Positions 15,172 through 24,000 of a DNA stretch of 24,000 nucleotides are shown here, piece by piece; the first letter of the stretch is position 1; each line of letters opens with the position of its first letter. The translations under genes and the position numbers were made by a program. A model generated the notes under the pieces. The model ran no database searches, was not told the DNA's origin, and was given only the letters and a program-made list of their open reading frames with translations. The stretch is from the NCBI GenBank assembly GCA_049433545.1, contig JBMTEY010000006.1:20221-44220 (forward strand), read 5' to 3'. The stretch is from Burkholderiales bacterium. Its GTDB lineage: Bacteria; Pseudomonadota; Gammaproteobacteria; Burkholderiales; SG8-41.

Positions 15172-15972
15172 ATGTGCCTGATCCTGTTCAGTTTCCGCGC
15201 ACATCGCCGTTTTCCGCTGGTGGTTGCCGCCAACCGTGACGAGCATTACAGCCGCCCGGCGGCACCGGCCGCGTTCTGGGACGATCATCCGGAAATCTAT
15301 GGCGGCCGCGACCTTGAAAAAGGCGGCACCTGGATGGGACTGCACCGCAACGGCCGCTTCGCCGCCATCACCAATTTCCGTGCCGGCCGCCCCGGCCCCG
15401 CAGCGCCCCGCTCCCGCGGCGAACTGGTCCGCACATTCCTTGCCGGCGATGCCGATCCCGGGCGGTTTTTCCTGGATGCAGCGGCGCGCAATGCCGAATA
15501 CAACCCTTACAGCATGCTGGCCGGCGATCTCGAAACGCTGGCATTCCATTCGAATCAGGGCGACAGCGTGCTGCCCGTCACACCGGGTGTGCACGGCCTG
15601 AGCAACCATCTGCTCGATACGCCCTGGCCCAAAGTGAGTTCGGGCATCGAAGCTGTCGCCGCCACCCGCGTGCTAGATGATCCCGATGCCATCAGCGCCT
15701 TGCTCTTCCAGGTGCTGTCGGACCGCAGCAGCGCCGCCGAAGCGACATTGCCCGACACAGGCATAGACCGCCAGCGCGAACGCGAACTGTCCCCGGCCTT
15801 CATTGCCGGCGATCATTACGGCACGCGCACGTCAACCGTGCTTCTGGTGCACGAATCGGGCGATGTGTTCGTCCACGAAAAACGCTACGGCCCCGGCGGC
15901 GCGCCGCTGGGCGAGAATGCCCGGGCATTCCGGCTGCAGGCGGTCAGGACCGGAACGGCAGTCAGCGGCTGA
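15172..15972 (+). CDS. NRDE-family protein (TANGO2 homolog), 266 aa
   Basis: ATG at 15172 (MCLILF...), 7 nt after the DUF4936 stop; the track start is 15073. N-terminal Cys2 and the name-giving AANRDE motif are present, followed by GGTWMG. Confidence 0.8.
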   Translation: MCLILFSFRAHRRFPLVVAANRDEHYSRPAAPAAFWDDHPEIYGGRDLEKGGTWMGLHRNGRFAAITNFRAGRPGPAAPRSRGELVRTFLAGDADPGRFFLDAAARNAEYNPYSMLAGDLETLAFHSNQGDSVLPVTPGVHGLSNHLLDTPWPKVSSGIEAVAATRVLDDPDAISALLFQVLSDRSSAAEATLPDTGIDRQRERELSPAFIAGDHYGTRTSTVLLVHESGDVFVHEKRYGPGGAPLGENARAFRLQAVRTGTAVSG

Positions 15973-16393
15973 AAATCATCCGCCGGTGTGGAATGCCCGC
16001 GTCCATGAATTCCCCGCCCTGTGCAACCAGGCCGTGCCGCGCATAAAAACCGATGGCATGGGTTTGCGCGTTGAGATAGACCGCGAGCCGCCGTTCCCGC
16101 GCACGATCCAGCAGGAATTCCAGGATCGCGCTGCCGACGCCGCGGCGCCGCCATTCCTGCAGCACCGCCATGCGGCCGATCTGCCCGTCGGGGAGCAGGC
16201 GGCCGGTGCCTATCGGCCGGTTGTGTTGATCCAGCGCGAGCGCATGCGCGCAGCCCGCATCGGCCTCATCCCATTCCAGCTCTTCCGGCACCTGTTGCTC
16301 GACGACGAACACGCGATGCCGCAGATCCCGCAGCATCGCACGGTCTTCGTGCCAGGATGCGCTGCGCACCTGGAATTTGCGGGTCATGTCCAT
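15962..16393 (-). CDS. GNAT-family N-acetyltransferase (ElaA/YjcF-like), 143 aa
   Basis: Acetyl-CoA binding motif LQEWRRRGVGSAIL. Size and layout fit a single GNAT domain. The 3' end overlaps the NRDE gene by 11 nt (convergent). Confidence 0.8.
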   Translation of the reverse strand: MDMTRKFQVRSASWHEDRAMLRDLRHRVFVVEQQVPEELEWDEADAGCAHALALDQHNRPIGTGRLLPDGQIGRMAVLQEWRRRGVGSAILEFLLDRARERRLAVYLNAQTHAIGFYARHGLVAQGGEFMDAGIPHRRMIFSR

Positions 16394-16401
16394 CGCGGCA
16401 A

Positions 16402-16409
16402 ATTATAAT
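16402..16409. promoter_or_regulatory. Palindromic -10 element ATTATAAT readable as TATAAT on both strands
   Basis: TATAAT lies at 16404-16409 on the plus strand and at 16407-16402 on the minus strand, between the divergent GNAT (ATG 16393) and aldolase (TTG 16440) genes. No convincing -35 is seen on either side. Confidence 0.3.
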
Positions 16410-16439
16410 GTCCGCGCAACCTTATCCTGGAAGCGCATC

Positions 16440-17627
16440 TTGAACAGTCTCTGGAATGACGCCATGGCGCAACGTTGCCGGTCCGCGCTGGCGCTGCGCG
16501 CTTATACCTCTCGGCTGATCGGCGGCGACCGCAGCCTCGTACTCTATGGCGGCGGCAACACTTCACTCAAACAGGATGGCGTACTGCACGTCAAGGGCAC
16601 CGGCTCCGATCTTGGCGCGGTCGATGAAAGCGGCTTCACTGCACTCGACCTGCAGCGGCTGCGCGCACATCTCGACGACCAACTGCTGTCCGACGACGAC
16701 ATCATGCGCCGGGTCGACATCTGCAAACTCGATCCCTCAGCCCCGAAACCCTCGATCGAGACTTACCTGCATGCGGCCCTGCCCCATGCCTACATCGAAC
16801 ATGCCCATGCCGACGCCGTGCTCGCCGTCGCCAACGTGGCCGCGGGGGCAAATGCCTGTGCCGAAGCCTTCGGAGACCTGGCTCCAGTGGTGCCCTACCG
16901 TCATTCCGGCGCCGCGCTGGCGCGCGCCTGCAAATCCGTCTTCGATCAGCATGCAACCCCGCAAACCATAGGTCTGGTACTCGCCTTTCACGGCGTGGTG
17001 GCATTCGGCGCCACCGCCCGCGAGTCCTACGACAACCTGGTCCGGCTGGTGAACGCCGCTGAAACCTTTCTGCAGAAACACGGCGCATGGACAACGCCGG
17101 CCGCCGGACCGCAGGTTCCGGACATGGCTGCCGCGGAAATGCTGCGCGCGGCCGCTTCCGCGGTCGCCGGCTTCCCGCTCGCCATGCAGGTGGTCTGCAC
17201 CCCGGCCACGCTGGCATTTGCCCGCAGGCCCGACATTACCGATGTCGCGCTGCAGGGCCCGCCCACTCCGCAGCATGCGATTTACACGAAGCGTATTCCG
17301 CTGCTCGGAACCGATGTCGATACCTTTGCGACGGACTACCGTGCCTACCTGGCCCGCACGCTGGGTCCTGCGGCAGAACACCGCATCGACGCTGCACCGC
17401 GCATCGCGCTGAATCCGGAATTCGGCCTGTGCGCTTTCGGCGTAAATGCCCATTACGCCGGCGTCGCCGCGGAAATCTACACCCACGACATCGAAATCAT
17501 TACCCGCGCCAGCGGGCATGGTCAGTATCGTTCCGCAGATGAAAACGACATTGCTCGCGCCGAACTTGAGTATGGCGGCTTTGAACAACGCGAGCGGGCT
17601 GCAGCGGCAGCCGGCACGCATGCCTGA
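16440..17627 (+). CDS. Class II aldolase/adducin-domain protein, homolog of the N-terminal half of bifunctional aldolase/short-chain dehydrogenases (YuxG/RhaD type); no SDR domain, ~395 aa
   Basis: Contains SLWND, LVLYGGGNTSLK, a His-rich metal-site-like YIEHAHADAV and LAFHGVVAFG. The track start TTG 16377 would overlap the GNAT gene. TTG 16440 lies 6 nt after GGAAG (16429-16433) and gives the family-typical N-terminus (M)NSLWND. Confidence 0.7.
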   Translation: MNSLWNDAMAQRCRSALALRAYTSRLIGGDRSLVLYGGGNTSLKQDGVLHVKGTGSDLGAVDESGFTALDLQRLRAHLDDQLLSDDDIMRRVDICKLDPSAPKPSIETYLHAALPHAYIEHAHADAVLAVANVAAGANACAEAFGDLAPVVPYRHSGAALARACKSVFDQHATPQTIGLVLAFHGVVAFGATARESYDNLVRLVNAAETFLQKHGAWTTPAAGPQVPDMAAAEMLRAAASAVAGFPLAMQVVCTPATLAFARRPDITDVALQGPPTPQHAIYTKRIPLLGTDVDTFATDYRAYLARTLGPAAEHRIDAAPRIALNPEFGLCAFGVNAHYAGVAAEIYTHDIEIITRASGHGQYRSADENDIARAELEYGGFEQRERAAAAAGTHA

Positions 17628-17636
17628 ACGGAAGCC

Positions 17637-18677
<1,041 letters not shown>

Positions 18678-18695
18678 ACACCGGCGCGAGAAAGC

Positions 18696-19436
18696 CTAGA
18701 TGGTCAGGCCGCCACTGACTTCGATGACCGCGCCGTTGATGTAGCTGGCTTCGTCTGAGGCCAGAAAAGCGAAGGTGTTGGCGATTTCTTCGGGATTGCC
18801 CAGTCGCCCCATCGGCACTTTTTCTTCCAGCGCGCGCAATACGCGCTCCGGCATGTTTTTGAGTATTTCGGTACCGATGAAACCCGGACAGACTGCATTG
18901 GCGCGTATGCCCTTGCGGCCCAGTTCGCGCGCCCAGGTCTTGACCATGCCGATGACGCCGAACTTGCTTGCGGCGTAATTGGTCTGGCCGAAATTGCCGT
19001 GCAGGCCGACGATGGAGGACGCATTCAGGATGACGCCAGACTGCTGCTCGAGCATTGTGTCGACCACGGCGCGGGTGCAGTTGTAGACACCCTTGAGATT
19101 GATGTCGATGACCTTGTCGAACTGGTCTTCGGTCATATTCTTGAGTTGGGCATCCATCACGATGCCGGCGTTGTTGACCAGGCAGTCCACGCGTCCCCAG
19201 GTGCTGATCGTGGTTGCGACCATGGACTGCAGTGATTTCATGTCGCGCACGTCCGCGACGCAACCGATGGCATCGCCGCCGGCTTTCTTGCACAAGGCGA
19301 CAGTTGCTGCGATCCACTCCGGCGACAGATCGCAGACCACGACCTTGGCGCCTTCGCGCGCGAACTTCACCGCCGTCGCCTGGCCGATGCCTCGGCCAGC
19401 GCCGGTAATGATGGTCACCTTGTCCTTGAGTCGCAT
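18696..19436 (-). CDS. Short-chain dehydrogenase/reductase, FabG-like, 246 aa
   Basis: TGAGRGIG cofactor motif, NNAG, and catalytic S...YAASK (SSIVGLHGNFGQTNYAASK). ATG at 19436 lies 6 nt after AAAGG. The substrate is not deducible. Confidence 0.85.
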   Translation of the reverse strand: MRLKDKVTIITGAGRGIGQATAVKFAREGAKVVVCDLSPEWIAATVALCKKAGGDAIGCVADVRDMKSLQSMVATTISTWGRVDCLVNNAGIVMDAQLKNMTEDQFDKVIDINLKGVYNCTRAVVDTMLEQQSGVILNASSIVGLHGNFGQTNYAASKFGVIGMVKTWARELGRKGIRANAVCPGFIGTEILKNMPERVLRALEEKVPMGRLGNPEEIANTFAFLASDEASYINGAVIEVSGGLTI

Positions 19437-19483
19437 GCGTCGCCTTTCATTGTTATCGGCCTGTTACGGCATATGCGGCGCAC

Positions 19484-19521
19484 AATTTAGCCCATTTTGG
19501 CGCAATGCACAATGATTGCGC
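19484..19521 (-). promoter_or_regulatory. Candidate promoter of the SDR gene with an overlapping inverted repeat (operator-like)
   Basis: On the minus strand: TTGTGC (19512-19507), 17-nt spacer, TAAATT (19489-19484). The inverted repeat GCGCAAT-N8-ATTGCGC (19500-19521) straddles the -35. A further GGCGCACAAT half-site-like copy sits at 19477-19486. Confidence 0.35.
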
Positions 19522-19597
19522 ATGGATATGCAAACTATCTGATTATATTGAATAAATTGCATTGAATCAGAGCTATGATTTAGCCTTGTCCGGCATG

Positions 19598-19617
19598 TCG
19601 CACTGCATGCAGCGCGA
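19598..19617. repeat. 20-bp near-perfect palindrome TCGCACTGCA|TGCAGCGCGA downstream of the YkuD gene
   Basis: 9 of 10 positions are self-complementary. It lies 24 nt past the stop at 19641. No T-tract follows on the minus strand, so it is not a canonical intrinsic terminator. Confidence 0.5.
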
Positions 19618-19640
19618 GTCACGGCAGGACAACTCCCTGT

Positions 19641-20578
<938 letters not shown>

Positions 20579-20935
20579 TCAGCACCCCTGAAGTAACGCG
20601 CTTTCGTAGAGTTCCGACTTGAAACCGGCCAGCAGTTGCTTGCCGGCAACCAGCACCGGTCGTTTGATCATCGAAGGCTGCGCCAGCATCAAGCGGATGG
20701 CCTTGCGCTCATCCAGGTTCAACCGGTCGGCCTCAGGCAGTTTGCGGAAAGTGGTGCCTGCGCGGTTGAGCAGTGTTTCCCAGCCCAGTTCATTGCACCA
20801 GCGCTGCAGCCGTTCGGCATCGATGCCGGCAGACTTGTAATCGTGGAAAACATGTTCGACCTCGTGCGCGTCCAGCCACGCCCGCGCTTTTTTCATGGTG
20901 TCGCAGTTGCGGATGCCATACAAAACTATAGGCAT
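20579..20935 (-). CDS. yffB: ArsC/Spx-family reductase, YffB type, 118 aa
   Basis: N-terminal LYGIRNCDTMKKARAWL with GTTFRKL and IKRPVL. Collinear with E. coli YffB as recalled. It ends 6 nt upstream of the tadA start. Confidence 0.85.
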   Translation of the reverse strand: MPIVLYGIRNCDTMKKARAWLDAHEVEHVFHDYKSAGIDAERLQRWCNELGWETLLNRAGTTFRKLPEADRLNLDERKAIRLMLAQPSMIKRPVLVAGKQLLAGFKSELYESALLQGC

Positions 20936-20960
20936 GATGAAAATCCCGTGTGGCCCTGCT

Positions 20961-22526
20961 TCATTCCCACTCGATGGTGGCGGGCGGCTTGCCTGAGATG
21001 TCGTAGACCACGCGGTTGATGCCGCGCACTTCGTTGATGATGCGGTTGGACACCTTGGCCAGCAGGCTGTACGGCAATTCCGCCCATTGCGCGGTCATGA
21101 AGTCAGTGGTCTGCACCGCACGCAGGGCAACCACGTATTCGTAGGTACGGCCGTCGCCCATCACGCCGACGGACTTCACCGGCAGGAACACTGCGAAGGC
21201 CTGCGCGGTCTTGTCATACCAGCCGGATGCGCGCAGTTCTTCAATGAAGATCGCGTCGGCTTCACGCAGCAGGTCGGCATACTGTGCCTTCACTTCACCG
21301 AGAATGCGCACGCCAAGACCCGGTCCCGGGAAGGGATGACGGAACACCATGTCACGCGGCAGACCCAGCGCCAGTCCCAGTTCGCGCACCTCGTCCTTGA
21401 AAAGTTCGCGCAGCGGCTCGAGCAGCTTCAGGTGCAGGGTATCCGGCAGTCCGCCGACATTGTGGTGCGATTTGATGGTGTGCGCTTTTTTGGTCTTGGC
21501 GCCCGCCGACTCGATGACATCGGGGTAGATCGTACCCTGCGCCAGCCACTTGACCTTGGGCAGCTTTGCCGACTCGGCCTGGAACACCTCGACGAACTCG
21601 CGGCCGATGATCTTGCGCTTCTGCTCCGGATCGGCAGCCCCCGCCAGGTGCTTCATGAACTGGTCACGGGCGTTGACATGCACCACCTTGACGCCGAGGT
21701 TGCGCGCGAAAGTATCCATGACCTGCTCCGCCTCATTCAGGCGCAGCAGGCCGTTGTCGACGAACACGCAGGTCAGCTGGTCGCCTATCGCGCGATGGAT
21801 CAGCGCGGCTGCCACAGAGGAATCCACTCCTCCCGACAATCCCAGAACGACTTCCTCTTCGCCGACGTCGCCCTGGATGCGTGCGACTGCCTCGTCGACG
21901 TAGTTCGGCATGCTCCAGTCGCCCGAGAGCCCGCAGATGCCGAGCACAAAACGCTCGATCAGCGCCCTGCCCTGCAGCGTGTGCGTGACTTCAGGATGGA
22001 ACTGCACCCCGTAGAATTTGCGCTCCTCATCGGCCATACCGGCAATCGGGCAGGCTGCGTTGCCGGCCATCAGCTTGAAGCCCTTCGGCATGTCGATGAC
22101 CTTATCGCCGTGGCTCATCCATACATCGAGCATGCCGTGACCGTCGGGCGTCACCCGGTCCTGCAGGTCCTTCAGCAGCGCGGTATGCCCGCGTGCCCGC
22201 ACTTCGGCATAGCCGAATTCGCGCACCTTCCCCATTTCGACCTTGCCGCCCAGCTGTTCGGCCATCGCCTGCATGCCGTAGCAGATACCCAGGACCGGCA
22301 CCCCCAGGTTGAACACGGACTGCGGTGCCCGCGGTGTGCTGTCTTCCCAGACCGAAGCCGGTCCGCCGGAGAGAATCACTCCGGAAGGCTTGAAGGCGCG
22401 GACAAAATCATCGGATACGTCGTGCGGATGCAGCTCGCAGTAGACATGCAGTTCGCGCACCCGCCGTGCAATCAGCTGGGTGTACTGCGAACCGAAATCG
22501 AGGATCAGGATTTTTTGATGCTGCAC
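20961..22526 (-). CDS. guaA: GMP synthase (glutamine-hydrolysing), 521 aa
   Basis: The track ORF extends to 22622, inside guaB. I use GTG 22526 ((M)[17 protein letters not shown]), 7 nt after the guaB stop, which matches the conserved N-terminus. GATase nucleophile GICYGMQ and PP-loop SGGVDSS are present. Confidence 0.93.
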   Translation of the reverse strand: MQHQKILILDFGSQYTQLIARRVRELHVYCELHPHDVSDDFVRAFKPSGVILSGGPASVWEDSTPRAPQSVFNLGVPVLGICYGMQAMAEQLGGKVEMGKVREFGYAEVRARGHTALLKDLQDRVTPDGHGMLDVWMSHGDKVIDMPKGFKLMAGNAACPIAGMADEERKFYGVQFHPEVTHTLQGRALIERFVLGICGLSGDWSMPNYVDEAVARIQGDVGEEEVVLGLSGGVDSSVAAALIHRAIGDQLTCVFVDNGLLRLNEAEQVMDTFARNLGVKVVHVNARDQFMKHLAGAADPEQKRKIIGREFVEVFQAESAKLPKVKWLAQGTIYPDVIESAGAKTKKAHTIKSHHNVGGLPDTLHLKLLEPLRELFKDEVRELGLALGLPRDMVFRHPFPGPGLGVRILGEVKAQYADLLREADAIFIEELRASGWYDKTAQAFAVFLPVKSVGVMGDGRTYEYVVALRAVQTTDFMTAQWAELPYSLLAKVSNRIINEVRGINRVVYDISGKPPATIEWE

Positions 22527-22533
22527 TTTCCGG

Positions 22534-24000
22534 TCACTCGACGCGATAGTTGGGCGCTTCCTTGACGATCTGCACGTCGTGGACATGCGACTCGCGAACG
22601 CCGGCGGTAGTGATCTCGACAAACTCGGCGTCGCGATGCACCACGTCGATGCCGGCGCAGCCGAGGTATCCCATACTGGCGCGCAGCCCGCCCATCAGCT
22701 GGTGAATCAGAGGAGCCACGCCGCCCTTGTAGGGTACGCGCCCTTCCACGCCCTCCGGCACCAGCTTCTCGGTGTCGAGCTCGTCGTGTTCCTGGAAATA
22801 GCGGTCGGCCGAACCCTGCTGCATGGCGCCCAACGACCCCATGCCGCGATAGGACTTGTACGAGCGCCCCTGGAACAGTTCGATCTCGCCCGGCGATTCT
22901 TCGGTACCCGCAAACAGGCTGCCCACCATCACCGAATGCGCGCCGGCCGCTATTGCCTTGGCGATGTCGCCCGAATAACGGATGCCGCCGTCGGCAATCA
23001 GCGGTACGTCGGTCTTTTGCAGCGCCTTGGCAACGTTGGCCACCGCGGAAATCTGCGGCACGCCGATGCCGGCGACGATGCGCGTGGTACAGATCGACCC
23101 GGGGCCGATGCCGACCTTCACTCCGTCGGCCCCGTGGTCGACCAGCGCCTTGGCTGCCGCCGCGGTGGCGATGTTGCCGCCGATCACCTGCAGTTTCGGA
23201 TAGGTACGTTTCAGCCAGCGCAAGCGCTTCAACACACCCGCCGAATGTCCGTGCGCGGTGTCAACGATGATGACATCCACGCCGGCCTCCACCAGCGCTT
23301 CGGCGCGCTCTTCAGTGCCTTCGCCCACTCCCACCGCCGCGCCCACGCGCAGCCGCCCCAGCTTGTCCTTGCAAGCATTCGGGTGTTCCGATGACTTGAG
23401 GATGTCCTTCACTGTCACCAGACCGCGCAGTTCGAAATTCTTGTTGACTACCAGTACGCGTTCGAGCCGGTGCTTGTGCATCAGCGCCCGCGCCTCTTCA
23501 CGACTGGAGCCCTCGCGCACCGTCACCAGCCGGTCGCGCGGCGTCATGATGTTCTTCACAGGCTGATTCAGCTTGCTCTCGAAGCGCAGGTCACGGTTGG
23601 TAACTATGCCGACCACGCGACCGTTGGCCTCGACTACCGGCAATCCCGAGATGCGGTACTGCTGCGTCAGCGCCAGCACGTCACGTACCGTCATGTCCTG
23701 GGTGATCGTGATCGGATCCTTGACGATGCCGCTCTCGAAACGCTTGACCTTGTTGACCTCCGCGGCCTGTGCCTTGGCTGTCATGTTCTTGTGGACGATG
23801 CCGATGCCGCCTTCCTGGGCAATGGCTATCGCCAGGCGGGCTTCGGTCACGGTATCCATGGCCGCAGACAGCAGCGGAATGTTCAGGGAAATGCTACGGG
23901 TGAGTCTGGTTTTCAGGCTGACTTCCCGCGGCAGGACGGCAGAATGTGCGGGAACCAGCAGCACATCGTCAAAAGTCAGGGCTTTCTGCAGCACGCGCAT
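22534..24000 (-). CDS. guaB: IMP dehydrogenase, 488 aa (the start codon occupies the last three bases of the window)
   Basis: [19 protein letters not shown]-terminus, CBS pair region, and catalytic loop [11 protein letters not shown]. Same length as E. coli GuaB. The promoter lies outside the window. Confidence 0.95.
   Translation of the reverse strand: MRVLQKALTFDDVLLVPAHSAVLPREVSLKTRLTRSISLNIPLLSAAMDTVTEARLAIAIAQEGGIGIVHKNMTAKAQAAEVNKVKRFESGIVKDPITITQDMTVRDVLALTQQYRISGLPVVEANGRVVGIVTNRDLRFESKLNQPVKNIMTPRDRLVTVREGSSREEARALMHKHRLERVLVVNKNFELRGLVTVKDILKSSEHPNACKDKLGRLRVGAAVGVGEGTEERAEALVEAGVDVIIVDTAHGHSAGVLKRLRWLKRTYPKLQVIGGNIATAAAAKALVDHGADGVKVGIGPGSICTTRIVAGIGVPQISAVANVAKALQKTDVPLIADGGIRYSGDIAKAIAAGAHSVMVGSLFAGTEESPGEIELFQGRSYKSYRGMGSLGAMQQGSADRYFQEHDELDTEKLVPEGVEGRVPYKGGVAPLIHQLMGGLRASMGYLGCAGIDVVHRDAEFVEITTAGVRESHVHDVQIVKEAPNYRVE

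Overview
Visibly GC-rich, gene-dense chromosomal segment with a betaproteobacterial flavour (Bug-family binding protein, GTP-type PEPCK, DUF4936, YfcG-type GST); the taxonomy is inference only. I support 21 protein-coding genes from the ORF track, six with starts moved downstream of the track start. I add one 55-aa ORF that is below the track's size cut-off, three intrinsic terminators and a few candidate promoter or operator elements.

Gene order:
- acnA' (partial) then acnA (tandem paralogs, + strand)
- malic enzyme, preceded in its operon by a PA4872-type oxaloacetate decarboxylase (- strand)
- small Lys-rich ORF, then GTP-PEPCK (- strand)
- MFS, preceded in its operon by a Nu-class GST (- strand)
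- MFS (+ strand)
- Bug-like periplasmic protein, preceded in its operon by a YgfX/CptA-like membrane protein (- strand)
- ygfZ, DUF4936, NRDE/TANGO2-like (+ strand)
- GNAT (- strand)
- aldolase-domain-only protein, then mtnA (+ strand)
- SDR (- strand)
- the - strand string guaB, guaA, yffB, tadA and a signal-less YkuD protein, which appears right to left in the window (guaB at the right-hand edge)

I saw no rRNA, tRNA, CRISPR array, transposase, integrase, phage gene or recognisable defence or toxin module. Most of the window is ordinary central metabolism and housekeeping, and I cannot honestly point to a clear-cut novel system.

The leads most worth a second look:
1. A stand-alone YuxG/RhaD-type class II aldolase domain that looks translationally linked to mtnA, with a separate SDR next door. 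This may be a non-canonical DHAP-shunt-like SAM by-product salvage route.
2. A tight ygfZ-DUF4936-NRDE operon.
3. A YgfX/CptA-like protein without SdhE, coupled instead to a divergent Bug-like protein.
4. An unlisted small basic ORF bracketed by terminators.
5. Tandem, anciently diverged aconitase paralogs next to a cluster of C4-decarboxylating enzymes.

The many long ORFs antisense to these genes are GC-content artefacts.
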